DNA of 64,000 nt, taken from NCBI GenBank assembly GCA_014729395.1, contig WJJZ01000002.1, positions 64,673-128,672 on the forward strand, read 5' to 3'. A program made the translations under genes and the position numbers. Of the stretch, positions 1-10,805 are shown in pieces. Positions within the stretch are counted from its first letter, which is position 1. Each line of letters opens with the position of its first letter. This DNA comes from Candidatus Magasanikiibacteriota bacterium. GTDB lineage: Bacteria; Patescibacteriota; Patescibacteriia; Magasanikbacterales; UBA922. Under the pieces are notes generated by a model. It saw nothing but the letters and a program-made list of their open reading frames with translations. It was not told the origin of the DNA and did not search any database.

Positions 1-64
1 TGAAATGGCCGAGACATTTAAAAGTAAAATAGATAAAATGGCTTAGTGCTTTACCTATTAAAAA

Positions 65-95
65 ACGACCGGGTAAAATAAGGGTCGTTTTTTTG
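65..95. terminator. Hairpin (ACGACC..GGTCGT) with a T-run, usable on either strand, downstream of the minus-strand PRTase gene
   Basis: 6-bp GC-rich stem, 12-nt loop and a T7 run read directly from the sequence. Confidence 0.5.
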
Positions 96-110
96 TTCTC
101 CTTTGGGTGT

Positions 111-764
111 TTAGGCCGGAACCAGCAATCCATTGCTGTCATCGACTTTCCACTCGAGTTGTTGGCCTTGGGCGCAATAAGGGCATTCATCCGGTTTGAA
201 GAATTGCCAGTTCTTGTCTTCCTTGGATATCTCTAATAAAGAGTACAGTTTTTCCACCCCGAGCTGTTCTGCGGTGATGCCACCGCGGTTGCACATATAG
301 GCGGCAAAAGTCACTTCTGCCCCGCAGTCTCTGGTTGCCTGAATCATGGCCTTCATTGTGGCGTCGGTTGTACCAACGTCTTCAATAATGCCAATAGTCT
401 CACCGTTTAGCTGGGCAGAGTAGAGATGGTCGAAGTAAACAAGGGGATTTCCGTCCGAGCTCTTTTCTCGCGGCATAGACTGCAAACTCAGAGGTTTATC
501 TTTTTTTGAGTTGCGAGCCAACATTTTGGCCAGTTCGTGGGCAAATACCACGCAGTGTGGACTTCTGCCCACAATTCCGGTTACATTCATTTTGATTTGC
601 TCTGACAAAAGACCAACCAAGGTTTCTGTGCTCTCTGGAAAAAGTTGAGCACGTCGCATGTCCAGAAAGCGTTGGCTATGTTTGCCGGATCTTAGTTGAA
701 CATGTCCGCTGATTAGTGCTCCACATTTTTCAAGTATGTGGAAAACTTGCTCTTGTCTTTTCAT
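111..764 (-). CDS. Type I phosphoribosyltransferase, orotate PRTase-like (PyrE paralog)
   Basis: 217-aa ORF. An HVQLRSGKHSQRFLD segment resembles the OPRT PRPP/orotate loop, and IGIIEDVGTTDATM is the PRPP-binding motif. Confidence 0.6.
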   Translation of the reverse strand: MKRQEQVFHILEKCGALISGHVQLRSGKHSQRFLDMRRAQLFPESTETLVGLLSEQIKMNVTGIVGRSPHCVVFAHELAKMLARNSKKDKPLSLQSMPREKSSDGNPLVYFDHLYSAQLNGETIGIIEDVGTTDATMKAMIQATRDCGAEVTFAAYMCNRGGITAEQLGVEKLYSLLEISKEDKNWQFFKPDECPYCAQGQQLEWKVDDSNGLLVPA

Positions 765-846
765 GATTAGCTACCTCCTTTAGTTTAAAGGTTTCAGTCT
801 TTTGACCCGGGGCTTATGTTAGCAAGAGTTAGGCTGATGTGTCAAC

Positions 847-2241
847 CTAGGAAATTCTTTTTTTGTATGCTTGCCAACCGGCCTCCCGATATTTTTTTGC
901 TTCCTCTGTTGGGTTTTCGGCTTGGTAAATACCTCGACCAACTATAATAATGTCACTTCCTTGTTCAAAAATCACTTTTTCCGGAGTATTATATTGTTGG
1001 CCCAAAGTATCTCCACCTTTGTCTAGCTTAACTCCGGGAGTAAAGTTTATAAAACCGGGATCATCAGTTAGTTTGCCCATGGCGATAAAACCAATCACAA
1101 AGTCTTTATTTTCCGCAGCCATCATTAGTGTTTTTTCTGTATAACTTCCATAAGCCAGATTTCCGGCTGAGCTCATTTCTGCCAACAAGAGCAGGGCTCT
1201 TTCTCGGGGTAGACCCACCTCTTTTAATCCCATGATTATGCCGGGACCCGCCACAGTGTGGGCGTTTACAATATGAGCCCAATCAGCAATTTTATATATT
1301 CCCTTTTCGTATTGATATTTTACCGTATTTCCAATGTCAGCAAATTTTCTGTCTTCAAAGAAAATAAAGTTATGTTTATTGGCCAAAAATTGTAATTGTT
1401 CAATCAGAGATTGATCAAAATCTTCAATAATATCAATATGTGTCTTGAGGACACAAATTTCCGGTCCTATTTCATCAGCAATTTTTATAAGTTCTGCTTT
1501 GGTGGTTACATCAGCGGCGATTGCTAAATTGCTTTGTTTTTTATCCATCAGATTGAGTAGTTTTTTTGCGATCGGGTTTGTGCATAAATCAGCTCTTCGA
1601 GTATAAGTTTTATGGGGGTTATCATTCTTCATAGGTGGATTTTTAATTTGGTTTGCATTAAGATATTTATTTATCTCTTCATATTTAAATTTATCAATTT
1701 TTCCAAAGTCAAGCAGTGTATCCATAAGTTCTGTCATTGTAAATATGGAATGCAGATTATATCCTTGGCTACTTAGTGTCCTTCTGCCCCCCTGTTCCCG
1801 GTCTAATAAAACCACTACGTCACTAACTTGCAGGTCTAGTTGTACAAGTGGTTCAATCGTTTCGAAAACACTTGAACCGCTGGTCACAAGGTCCTCAACT
1901 ATTAGACATTTTTGTCCGGGTTTATATACACCTTCAATTGATTTTTTTGTACCATGATCTTTTACTTCTTTCCTGCGCATAACCATAGGAATTTTATTTT
2001 TCAAAGACATGGCTGTGGCAATAGGTAAGGCGGTATATGGTACCCCGCAAAGTATATTAAAATCCAGACCATGGACTTTTTCCCACATAATGTCGGCAAT
2101 TTCTTGTAAAAGTTCGGGATAAGAGATGGTTACTCTCAGGTCTATATAGATTGGAGAGATGCTGCCGGTTTTTAATTTAAATTCTCCAAATTTAATTCCT
2201 CCTACTTCGTAAAGTTTTAGAATAAGATCTTTTCTTGACAT
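847..2241 (-). CDS. Bifunctional orotate phosphoribosyltransferase / orotidine-5'-phosphate decarboxylase (UMP synthase-like fusion)
   Basis: The N-terminus carries OPRT motifs ([31 protein letters not shown]). The C-terminus carries OMP decarboxylase motifs ([22 protein letters not shown]). Single 464-aa ORF. Confidence 0.75.
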   Translation of the reverse strand: MSRKDLILKLYEVGGIKFGEFKLKTGSISPIYIDLRVTISYPELLQEIADIMWEKVHGLDFNILCGVPYTALPIATAMSLKNKIPMVMRRKEVKDHGTKKSIEGVYKPGQKCLIVEDLVTSGSSVFETIEPLVQLDLQVSDVVVLLDREQGGRRTLSSQGYNLHSIFTMTELMDTLLDFGKIDKFKYEEINKYLNANQIKNPPMKNDNPHKTYTRRADLCTNPIAKKLLNLMDKKQSNLAIAADVTTKAELIKIADEIGPEICVLKTHIDIIEDFDQSLIEQLQFLANKHNFIFFEDRKFADIGNTVKYQYEKGIYKIADWAHIVNAHTVAGPGIIMGLKEVGLPRERALLLLAEMSSAGNLAYGSYTEKTLMMAAENKDFVIGFIAMGKLTDDPGFINFTPGVKLDKGGDTLGQQYNTPEKVIFEQGSDIIIVGRGIYQAENPTEEAKKYREAGWQAYKKRIS

Positions 2242-2255
2242 AGATCAATATATTA

Positions 2256-2825
2256 TTAATTAATACTGTTTAATTGTTGTATAATTTTTTGTACTAATAA
2301 TTCAGGTGAATTTTCAAATATTAATATCGATTTTGTTTGTTTGTTTATTTTTTTGTTAAGTTGATATAGTTCATCCGCTATTCCGCCAGTTTCGGTTAAT
2401 ATTCCTATTACCTTACCCATGTCTATCAAGTTAGTGAATTCATTTAGAGTACCCCAGCGTCCGGCAATTATTATTCCACTGTCACATTCTGATGTCGATA
2501 GTACATTTCGATATTTTCTACGAGCAAATTTATCATGATTTTCAGCAAATTTTTTATCAACGTAGATTATTTTACCATATATTGAAAGATCATCATTAGG
2601 TGTGAACTGTTTTTGGTTTTCAATGTCGACCTCCGGAGAAAAGCCCCAGACTTCCGCACCGGACCTTTTTGCATTAATGGCAACTTTGTACGGTATTCCG
2701 GAGCAAGCTCCGGTAATAACAATACTTTTTGTTTTACCCAAACTTTGGCCAAGTTCGCTTGCCTTTTGGATTGTGTTTTCGTTTTCGTCCATGGCTGAGC
2801 CGAAAACAGCAATTTTAAAGCTCAT
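2256..2825 (-). CDS. LOG / TIGR00730-family Rossmann-fold protein (cytokinin riboside 5'-monophosphate phosphoribohydrolase-like)
   Basis: 189 aa. It has the glycine-rich ITGACSG motif and the IIAGRWGTLNEF (GGxGTxxE-like) motif typical of the LOG family. Confidence 0.55.
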   Translation of the reverse strand: MSFKIAVFGSAMDENENTIQKASELGQSLGKTKSIVITGACSGIPYKVAINAKRSGAEVWGFSPEVDIENQKQFTPNDDLSIYGKIIYVDKKFAENHDKFARRKYRNVLSTSECDSGIIIAGRWGTLNEFTNLIDMGKVIGILTETGGIADELYQLNKKINKQTKSILIFENSPELLVQKIIQQLNSIN

Positions 2826-2835
2826 ATGTAAAAAA

Positions 2836-3927
2836 TTAAGATTTAGTTGATGAAATTTGGTGGTATTTATTTGCCAAATAGGGATTCCACATCATGCCGG
2901 TAGCGCTCATGGCGATATCGGCTCCCGCTTCAAGTAAATTACTAAAACCTTGCGGCGTAGTTACACCACCTGTTCCAAGTAGTGTGAGCCCCAGTTTTTC
3001 ATTATCAATAATAGTTCGTCCATATTTAACAAATTCAATAGCGGCTTTATGAATTGGGGCACCGCAAATCCCGGATTTTAGTCTATTGGGGCCAAGAGCC
3101 GGCTTTCCATACTTGTTTTGTACGGCCATGCCAATTGTATTTATACCGCATATGCCTCTGGCGCCGGCTTTGGCGACGGCATAAAAAACTTGTCGCATTT
3201 TTTCCAAATTGGTAAAGATACCGACTTTTATTATTAAGGGAATTTCTTTGAGTTCTTTTACCAAACTCCTGGCGATTGTATAGACATAATCCGGGTCAGT
3301 GTAAATACTACCTTCGCCGGTGGCTACATTTGGACAAGAAAAATTGGCTTCTATAATCTTTGCACCCGCTTCTTTGGCTAGGGCGACTGTCCTTACAAAA
3401 TCACTGATAAAATCTTCTTCCGAGCGGGGTGTCCCGACAGTTGACACTATCATTATTTGTCCCTCTTGCAGTGATTTATTTGCTTTTTCAATGTCCTTCA
3501 AAAGGGATAATGTACCGGAAGAGGGCATGCCGAAAGAATTGGTAATTGCCAAATTTTCCATGTTGGTCGGTTCAGAATCTTTTTGTTCTAAGGTTTCTTC
3601 CAGCCGTTTTTTATTTAAAGATCCGTTGGTATTCACATAGACACAATTTGGAAGAGGTTGGCAAGCGTGGGCCCTACTTCTTATGGTTTTATAAGTTACA
3701 ACATCAAATCCCAAATTTGCCGCTAGGGTGGTCCATTTGGAATTTAGTAATGGTCCGGCCGGTACACCCAGAGGCGAAGCTATTTTATAACCAAAAAAAT
3801 CTATCCATTTTTCTTTTTGCGGTTTTATTCTTTGTGGTATTTTTCCGCTAAAAAAAGGACCTTTGGAAAAATTTTCTTGATAACTTTTTTCTATGTGATA
3901 AATCGGTTCTTGGTTTTTCAAAATCAT
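2836..3927 (-). CDS. pyrD: Dihydroorotate dehydrogenase
   Basis: 363 aa. It shows the ANFSCPNV active-site motif and FMN-binding TIM-barrel signatures (GGV, GADIAMSATG), and sits in a pyrimidine biosynthesis gene context. Confidence 0.75.
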   Translation of the reverse strand: MILKNQEPIYHIEKSYQENFSKGPFFSGKIPQRIKPQKEKWIDFFGYKIASPLGVPAGPLLNSKWTTLAANLGFDVVTYKTIRSRAHACQPLPNCVYVNTNGSLNKKRLEETLEQKDSEPTNMENLAITNSFGMPSSGTLSLLKDIEKANKSLQEGQIMIVSTVGTPRSEEDFISDFVRTVALAKEAGAKIIEANFSCPNVATGEGSIYTDPDYVYTIARSLVKELKEIPLIIKVGIFTNLEKMRQVFYAVAKAGARGICGINTIGMAVQNKYGKPALGPNRLKSGICGAPIHKAAIEFVKYGRTIIDNEKLGLTLLGTGGVTTPQGFSNLLEAGADIAMSATGMMWNPYLANKYHQISSTKS

Positions 3928-5210
3928 AGCGGTCTATCTAGTACATAGTTTTCCAATCCCAGATTACCCGGACCTCCCAAAGATACCACTTCTTCTAAAG
4001 CTTTTTTGGGATCAATTTTTTCCAAGTGTTCAATATCTTCTTTTACTTTTTGATAGGCATCTCTAAAGGCCAGTCCGGTTTTTACATGGCGATTAACCGC
4101 ATGGGTTGCAAATAATTCAGCTGTCATCGCTTGTTGAAGATTTTCTACCTTTGGTTCTACGTCTTTCATTACTAGAGCAACTACCTCCAGACTTCGCCTT
4201 GCTATACCCATGCCTTTAATAAGAGGTTCTTTGGTAAGCTGGGTATCGCGATTGTATCCGGAAATAAGATCTTTACAAATGTCTTTTACTTGGGTTTGCA
4301 AGCCCACAATAACCCCTACATTACTTCTAAGAATTTCAAATATGTCCGGATTACGTTTTTGCGGCATGATTGATGAGCCGGTTGTGTATTGGTAAGGAAG
4401 GTGGAAGAAGTCAAATTCGGGAGTCGTAAAGAGAATCATTTCAGTTGATAGACGCCCCAAAGTCATCATAATTTGAGTCAAAACAGACAATATATAGCTT
4501 TCTGTGGTACCTCGACTATTGACGCAGTATAAAGAGTTTATTTGCGTTCTTTTAAAATCCATCAGTTCAGTCGTATATTTTCTTTGTAAATTTAAATTTA
4601 CTCCAAAACCGGCTGCCGCCCCCAAAGGATTTTGATCATTTAGTTTATAAGCGGTCTCAAGCAGCATGTGATTGTTGATGAGCTCTTCCAAATAAGCGGC
4701 CGCCCAGTGAGCAATGCTTGATGGCATGGCTCGTCTGGTGTGAGTGTATCCGGGCATGGGCACACCTTTATATTTTTTGGCAAAGTTCAAAAAAACTTTT
4801 TCCAATTCTATTACATTTTCACTGATTTGCTTTAATTTTTTTCTGGTATAGAGCCTGGTGGCTACCAAAACTTGATCATTTCTGGATCGTCCGGTGTGCA
4901 CTTTTTTCCCAAGCGTACCCAGTTTTTCCACCAAGTAATTTTCAATGGCTGTATGGCAATCTTCATCAGATTGTTGGATTATAAATTCACCTCGCTGAAA
5001 TTTTTCCAAAATTTCATTTAAGCCGGCCACAATTTGGACCAGCTCTTGGGCTGTGATAACACCAATTTTTTCCAAACCCTTCACATGAGCAATCGATGCC
5101 TCTATGTCAAAGGGGAGTATTTTTTTATCAAGCTTATAGTCATTACCGACCGTATACCTTTCGACCATGGGGTGTAGGCTGGTAGAGACTGTTTGCCAGA
5201 GTTTTGCCAT
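3924..5210 (-). CDS. argH: Argininosuccinate lyase-like class II fumarase/aspartase-family lyase
   Basis: 428 aa. HTGRSRNDQV and GSSIMPQKRNPD match the ArgH signatures more closely than those of PurB or fumarase. Confidence 0.65.
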   Translation of the reverse strand: MAKLWQTVSTSLHPMVERYTVGNDYKLDKKILPFDIEASIAHVKGLEKIGVITAQELVQIVAGLNEILEKFQRGEFIIQQSDEDCHTAIENYLVEKLGTLGKKVHTGRSRNDQVLVATRLYTRKKLKQISENVIELEKVFLNFAKKYKGVPMPGYTHTRRAMPSSIAHWAAAYLEELINNHMLLETAYKLNDQNPLGAAAGFGVNLNLQRKYTTELMDFKRTQINSLYCVNSRGTTESYILSVLTQIMMTLGRLSTEMILFTTPEFDFFHLPYQYTTGSSIMPQKRNPDIFEILRSNVGVIVGLQTQVKDICKDLISGYNRDTQLTKEPLIKGMGIARRSLEVVALVMKDVEPKVENLQQAMTAELFATHAVNRHVKTGLAFRDAYQKVKEDIEHLEKIDPKKALEEVVSLGGPGNLGLENYVLDRPL

Positions 5211-5229
5211 AGTTTTGGTAATTAGTTTA

Positions 5230-6201
5230 TTAAACGATATTCAAAATTTTTCTTCCGTTAATAGTGGCAATATCTACCAGATCATCAAAGTTGTAATATC
5301 GACATGCTTCTTGGAGGAGACGCATTTCAGTCCACATGTCGCCATCTACAAATGGCTGATAAAAATCATAGACATTGTCTACTCCCAAGGCTACAACCAC
5401 TCCGGCCTCTAGCATTTCCGGTACATTGGCAATAGAGTTATGAACCGGAGAAGTATATTGATCCAACTGTCGCATGGCAAGCGCCGCCGAAGGGCAGACT
5501 ACCACTCCAATTCCAAGTTCAGCCAGTTCTTTATATATTTTTTTACGATACTCTTTTGTTTGGGCCGAAACAGACAAGGCATGAACGGCTACCACCCGGC
5601 CTTCGTAGCCGTATTTTTTGGTAGCGGCTATTAGTTTTTCCGTGTCACGTTCATGTGGATTGTTTTCTTGATCAATATGAACATGAATCGGTTTGTTTAA
5701 ATTTTTTGCAATCGAAAATAGCATATCATAATGTTTGTCATCATGAGGTCTATCTTTAGAAGGGAGGCCGCCGGCAATGTCAGCTTTCTGAGTGATTGCT
5801 TCATAAAGTTCTATGGCTGCTAGATTTGTTAAACCACCAAGAGGTTGAGTAATAGTTAGAAAATTAATTTTGTTTTTGTATTCTTGTTTTACTTGAATGG
5901 CTGCGTCAATGGCGCGATGATCTACAGCGTCATAAGCATCAATAAAACTGCAAGTGTGTTTTACACCTTGCGCAATCATAATATCAAGGGCTGTTCTGAT
6001 TCTATCCGCGATTTCTTCTTGGCTTGAGTTTTTTTTAATATCATCACTCATGAGCCATTTTTGCTCCATATCAACCATTGTTTTATCCAAACCCGCCTTG
6101 GTAATATAAAATGCTTTATCAAAATGACCATGGCAGTTTACAAAACCGCCTTTAGGTCTTATGCTTTCAAGCATTTTCTCCTTTAGGTTCCATTGATTCA
6201 T
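5230..6201 (-). CDS. Metal-dependent amidohydrolase (cytosine deaminase / dihydroorotase-like)
   Basis: 323 aa. An N-terminal VNCHGHFD (HxH metal ligand) motif and internal H/D ligands fit the amidohydrolase superfamily. The substrate is not resolved. Confidence 0.5.
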   Translation of the reverse strand: MNQWNLKEKMLESIRPKGGFVNCHGHFDKAFYITKAGLDKTMVDMEQKWLMSDDIKKNSSQEEIADRIRTALDIMIAQGVKHTCSFIDAYDAVDHRAIDAAIQVKQEYKNKINFLTITQPLGGLTNLAAIELYEAITQKADIAGGLPSKDRPHDDKHYDMLFSIAKNLNKPIHVHIDQENNPHERDTEKLIAATKKYGYEGRVVAVHALSVSAQTKEYRKKIYKELAELGIGVVVCPSAALAMRQLDQYTSPVHNSIANVPEMLEAGVVVALGVDNVYDFYQPFVDGDMWTEMRLLQEACRYYNFDDLVDIATINGRKILNIV

Positions 6202-6279
6202 AAACTAAATGATTAAAAAACACTACTCATGGTTTGAGTAGTGTTTTGGAAAATAAAATTTCCCCCTATTTGCACTTAA

Positions 6280-6381
6280 CTCGTAAATTTTTTTATGCTT
6301 ATGGCTTTGTCTCATGCTCCCTTTTAAAAAAGGCCACCCCTTTCGGAGTGGCCGCGTACAAAAAGTTTATTTGTGTAGGTG
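6280..6381 (-). repeat. Copy 1 of a ~100-bp intergenic terminator module (hairpin GGCCACTCCGAAAGGGGTGGCC plus T6 on the minus strand)
   Basis: Near-identical to 7511-7609. Acts as a rho-independent terminator for the minus-strand membrane-protein gene. Confidence 0.6.
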
Positions 6382-6507
6382 ATTGTTAATCATATCTTTA
6401 TAAAGAATAACATAGTATTCCTTTTGTGTGAAATCTTATTTTGTGGATAATTATAAGAATAAAAAAACCGTCTATTTTTATGAATGGACGGCTCTCCTTT
6501 TAGTTTG

Positions 6508-7398
6508 TTATTTGGTGGTAATTGTCGCGACTATACAATGGTGTCGATAGCGAATCATGGTCATAAGAAGCATGCCGAAAGCAATCGGGATGATGAACAA
6601 CCATTCATCCGGCATATCATCGGTTATGAGAGTGACTAGAGGCGAGCCGACAAGGATACCATCATATACAAGTGGTGATACAATGGATGCTTGACCTTTA
6701 TGGCCAAAGTGAATATAACTTTGCCCCAGTTCCCTTACCAACATAAAGATTCCTATGGCCCCAAGAATGAAACCACCTATAAAGATGGGGTCCCAGTCCC
6801 AGTGGCCGATATCCTTAAGTATAGTAGCGTATACTAACAGTAAAGTTCCTCCACCCATATTCATCGTTATATTAGTAGCACGGTGGCCATTGCTTAGCTT
6901 GATACTGATATTGAATAGTGCATAGCCGGCTATGGCTATTATGATGCTAGGGGTTGCCGAAACTATCAGGTCTTTTTGGTCACAAGTCATTATTCTCATA
7001 TAAACCAGTAGGCCCATGAGACCGTGACAATATAAGTCAAAACGATTTGGTTTTTCTTGGAAGTTTTTTGACCAAAACCGATTGAGCAGAAGAAACAATG
7101 GCCAGCTGGAGATGGCAAAACCATTGTATACCATTTCCATACTGATACTTACGTCCAGTTCGCTGTGGCCACCTCGTAGTCCAACCACAATGAGTAATAT
7201 TCCAACTGAGCCCAACAAGGCTACAAACCATTTGGGTTTGATGCTCGGTTTGATTTGTTTTCGGTAGTAGAGGCCGGTAATGACGGCGGCCAGGATATTG
7301 GCTCCGGCAATGGCGATAAGTCCACCCTTTCCAATGGACATCCAGACGGCGATGTTGAACACGAGATATGCAAAGATGGTAAATATGACATGTCGCAC
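6508..7398 (-). CDS. Polytopic integral membrane protein, function unknown
   Basis: 296 aa with roughly 8 predicted hydrophobic helices. No confident family assignment. Confidence 0.4.
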   Translation of the reverse strand: MRHVIFTIFAYLVFNIAVWMSIGKGGLIAIAGANILAAVITGLYYRKQIKPSIKPKWFVALLGSVGILLIVVGLRGGHSELDVSISMEMVYNGFAISSWPLFLLLNRFWSKNFQEKPNRFDLYCHGLMGLLVYMRIMTCDQKDLIVSATPSIIIAIAGYALFNISIKLSNGHRATNITMNMGGGTLLLVYATILKDIGHWDWDPIFIGGFILGAIGIFMLVRELGQSYIHFGHKGQASIVSPLVYDGILVGSPLVTLITDDMPDEWLFIIPIAFGMLLMTMIRYRHHCIVATITTK

Positions 7399-7510
7399 CG
7401 TTTGCTCCTTTGTGCAAATATGTAACGGGAATTGGCTAAAAGGATCTGGTTGGAGCTTAGTTTAAATTTTAAATTTTGTCAATATTACAATTTTCCCATT
7501 TTGTAATCAA

Positions 7511-7609
7511 ATCGTAAATTTTTTTGTTTATAAATTTTTTCATGATCCCTTTTAAAAAAGACCACCCCTTTAGGAGTAGCCGCGTACAAAAAATTTATTT
7601 GTGTAGGTG
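7511..7609 (-). repeat. Copy 2 of the intergenic terminator module (hairpin partly degenerated)
   Basis: Shares the tail AAAAGGGAnCATGA...CCGCGTACAAAAAnTTTATTTGTGTAGGTG with copy 1. Lies downstream of guaB on the minus strand. Confidence 0.55.
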
Positions 7610-7681
7610 TAATGTTTATAAATCACATTAAAGGTTTTCACTTTTTTGTTTTTTTGGCAAATGTACTTTTGAGGGTAATAT

Positions 7682-9115
7682 TTATGTTATTGCCTTAACA
7701 TCATGAGCACCACTTTCTTTTTGACCGGCACCACTAATTCTTACAAATTCCGTATTACGCTGTAATTCGGCGATTGAATGAGAATTGGTATAGCTCATAC
7801 CGGATTTTATACCGCCGGTAAGTTGGTTTATTATGTCTTTTACACCCCCTTTGTAAGGGACAATTGATTCAACACCTTCCGGAACCACTTCATTCAATTT
7901 TTTACCCTCCTGCTTAATTTTTTTTCTACGGTTGGCCACTGTAAAACTTGCACTTCCTCGGCAAACTTTAAATTTTTTGTCACCTTTTGTCATAACCACC
8001 CCCGGACTTTCAGAAGTACCTGCTAACATGCCTCCTAACATTACCGTATCAGCTCCGGCGCCAATAGCTTTTACTATATCGCCGGATTTTTGAATACCGC
8101 CATCAGCTATTACCGGTACGCCATAATGTTTTGCAACCCCGCTCGCTTCCATAACGGCTGTTAGTTGTGGTACACCGCAGCCGGTTACTATTCGGGTTAT
8201 ACAGATTGTACCCGGCCCAACACCAACTTTTAGAGCATCAGCTCCGGCTTCACAAAGTTCTTCAGCGGCTTTTGCTGTAGCAATATTACCAACTATCAAT
8301 TCTGTTTGACCACAAATATCTCTTAATTTACAAATCGCATTAAACATAAGGTCGGAGTGTCCATGAGCAATATCCACAACAATTACATCAACTTCGGCTT
8401 TTACCAATTCTTGTGCTCGTTCAAGGTAATCTCCGTGTACTCCGACTGATGCTCCCACTAGCAATCTACCTTGTTTATCATTTACCGCCATAGGGTATTT
8501 AACCAAATGTCTTATATCATCACTTGTGATTAGTCCGACAATACGATAATTGTCATCAACGAGGGGTAATTTTTCAATTTTGTGTTTGGCAAATATTTTT
8601 TTTGCTTCTTCAAATGTTGTTTCCGGATTACCTACGATTAATTTTTCTTTGGGAGTCATAATTTCAGAGACTTTTTCGTAGTCTCCATTGGCAAACATAA
8701 AATCTCTGCTGGATAGGATACCAAGTAATTTTCGATCTTCTCTTGCTACCAGCAAACCACTTACTCCAACAGATTGAATAAAGGTCTTTACTTCTTCAAT
8801 TTTTTTTTCGGGATCAATTATATATGGATCTGATATTATATAACTTTGCGCACGTTTTACTTTTTTTACTTCCTCAACATTGTCTTCAATTGTCATAAAT
8901 CTATGCAATATCCCGATACCTCCAAGCCTGGCCAATTTAATGGCCATTTTAGATTCAGTTACCGAATCCATATTCGAACTTACAATTGGAATATTAATAT
9001 CAATTTTTTTTGTTAATTTGGTTTTTGTTTGTGCTTCCGATCTTGATTTAAAGCTGGATCTTTTTGGTATTATTAGAACATCGTCATAGGTTAGGGCAAG
9101 AGGTATATGCTTCAT
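7682..9115 (-). CDS. guaB: Inosine-5'-monophosphate dehydrogenase
   Basis: 477 aa. It has the catalytic loop [12 protein letters not shown], an inserted CBS pair, and the N-terminal [10 protein letters not shown] segment. Confidence 0.85.
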   Translation of the reverse strand: MKHIPLALTYDDVLIIPKRSSFKSRSEAQTKTKLTKKIDINIPIVSSNMDSVTESKMAIKLARLGGIGILHRFMTIEDNVEEVKKVKRAQSYIISDPYIIDPEKKIEEVKTFIQSVGVSGLLVAREDRKLLGILSSRDFMFANGDYEKVSEIMTPKEKLIVGNPETTFEEAKKIFAKHKIEKLPLVDDNYRIVGLITSDDIRHLVKYPMAVNDKQGRLLVGASVGVHGDYLERAQELVKAEVDVIVVDIAHGHSDLMFNAICKLRDICGQTELIVGNIATAKAAEELCEAGADALKVGVGPGTICITRIVTGCGVPQLTAVMEASGVAKHYGVPVIADGGIQKSGDIVKAIGAGADTVMLGGMLAGTSESPGVVMTKGDKKFKVCRGSASFTVANRRKKIKQEGKKLNEVVPEGVESIVPYKGGVKDIINQLTGGIKSGMSYTNSHSIAELQRNTEFVRISGAGQKESGAHDVKAIT

Positions 9116-9160
9116 ATTTTGAGGACTTTAAAACAACACCTTTTTGGTGTCGTTTTTGAA

Positions 9161-10714
9161 TTATTTTGATAATTGTTCTTTTAATAGTTTATCGACAACT
9201 TGCGGATCTGCAGTTCCTTCAGTTGCCTTCATAACCATACCGACTAAAAATTTCAACACGGCTTCTTTGCCTGATTTATATTCTTCTACTTGTTTGGGGT
9301 AACTTTTTATTGTATCAGAAATTATTTTCGATAGTTCTCTTTCATCACTGACTTGACCATAGCCTTTTTCTTCCATTATATGCGTAGGGTCTTTATCGGT
9401 TTCCGCTTCAACCATTTCCAAAAGGATTTTTTGGGCGTTGGTTGAATTTACTTTATTAGTGTAGACCAGGGCAATTAGCTCGGCAAAATTTTCAGCCGAT
9501 AATTTGATATCAGCTATCACTTTATTTTTTTCACTCATTATCCCCGTCAATTTACTGGTCAACCAACCACCGGCCAGTCGAGCTATCTTATTTTTTTTAT
9601 CTTCTTTTATTTTATCGCTTTCGCCTTTTACTTCGGGTAAACTGTATAACCAATCAACCAATTCGCTCATTACTGATTCAGTAAAGTCGGCCCATTGCCG
9701 ATCGTTTGTCAATATCTTTGAGTCAGACAGTGAAAAACCATATTCACTGTGAAAACGATTTTGCTTTTCAATGGGAGTTTCTCCTATATCAATTTTTCCG
9801 GCTATTTCCATAGGATGAAACGGTGGAATATCGGGTTCTGGAAAATATCTGTAATCCTCGGCATTTTCTTTGGTTCTTTGCAGTATTGTCTCTTGTTTTT
9901 TTTCGTCCCAGCCTCGGGTTTGTTGTTGCCAGGTCTTATTTTTTTTCAATAGATTAAGCTGTCTTTCTATTTCATATTCAATCGCTTTTTCTACAGCTTT
10001 GAAAGAATTTAAATTTTTTAATTCAACTTTGTGATTTAGTTTGTGGTCATCTAGTGGCTTCACAACTCCTTTTACAATTTCAAAAGATCCGGCCGGTTGA
10101 ACTGATATATTAGCCTCACATCTCATTTGACCTTTTTCCATATCAGCATCACTAACTCCCAGATATCGGAATAGTGTTCTTAGGTTTTTACAATATATTT
10201 TTGCTTCAACGGCTGATTTAAAGTCCGGTTTTGTTACTATTTCAACCAAAGGTACGCCGGCGCGATTAAAATCAACCAGGGTTGCGTTTTTTTTATTATG
10301 TATAAGTTTGGCTGTATCTTCTTCCAAATGTACTCTTTCTATGCCAATATCGGCATTTTTTCTAATATTATCTTCAAGCTTCATGTCCAAGTTCATAGTA
10401 CCGTTATAAGCGATCGGTTCGTCATATTGGGAGATTTGATAAGCTTTTGGCAAATCCGGATAGAAGTAGTGTTTACGGTCAAACTTTGAAGTTTCATTTA
10501 TTTTACAATTCAAAGCTTTACCGATTTTGACGGTCCACTCAATTGCTTTTTTATTGGGTACGGGCAGTGTACCGGGTTGGCCGGTACAGATTTCACAGAT
10601 ATTTGTATTGGACTGATTTTCGTTTGTATCATTTTTACACGAACAAAACATTTTGCTTTTTGTGGCTAGTTCAACATGAACCTCCATGCCAATGATTGAT
10701 ATATATTTTTCCAT
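9161..10714 (-). CDS. gatB: Asp-tRNA(Asn)/Glu-tRNA(Gln) amidotransferase subunit B
   Basis: 517 aa. It has the N-terminal IGMEVHVEL segment, the Cys cluster CSC...CEIC, and a C-terminal YqeY-like helical domain. Confidence 0.9.
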   Translation of the reverse strand: MEKYISIIGMEVHVELATKSKMFCSCKNDTNENQSNTNICEICTGQPGTLPVPNKKAIEWTVKIGKALNCKINETSKFDRKHYFYPDLPKAYQISQYDEPIAYNGTMNLDMKLEDNIRKNADIGIERVHLEEDTAKLIHNKKNATLVDFNRAGVPLVEIVTKPDFKSAVEAKIYCKNLRTLFRYLGVSDADMEKGQMRCEANISVQPAGSFEIVKGVVKPLDDHKLNHKVELKNLNSFKAVEKAIEYEIERQLNLLKKNKTWQQQTRGWDEKKQETILQRTKENAEDYRYFPEPDIPPFHPMEIAGKIDIGETPIEKQNRFHSEYGFSLSDSKILTNDRQWADFTESVMSELVDWLYSLPEVKGESDKIKEDKKNKIARLAGGWLTSKLTGIMSEKNKVIADIKLSAENFAELIALVYTNKVNSTNAQKILLEMVEAETDKDPTHIMEEKGYGQVSDERELSKIISDTIKSYPKQVEEYKSGKEAVLKFLVGMVMKATEGTADPQVVDKLLKEQLSK

Positions 10715-10754
10715 ATTAATTCAATAAGTATGTTTTGATTTTATCATTATCGGC

Positions 10755-10790
10755 AAAAAAATAAAAGACCCGCTCTTGGCAGGTCTTTTT
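10755..10790 (-). terminator. Rho-independent terminator downstream of the membrane-protein gene
   Basis: AAGACC..GGTCTT stem followed by an A-rich run on the plus strand (a T-run on the minus strand). Confidence 0.45.
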
Positions 10791-10805
10791 AAATAATATA
10801 GTTTA

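Noticed and set aside
950-3851. Plus-strand ORFs of 60-106 aa (950-1144, 1745-1957, 2602-2850, 3320-3640, 3546-3851 and similar throughout the window)
   Set aside because: They are antisense shadows inside well-supported minus-strand genes with recognisable motifs. They have no independent promoter or SD and low-complexity translations.
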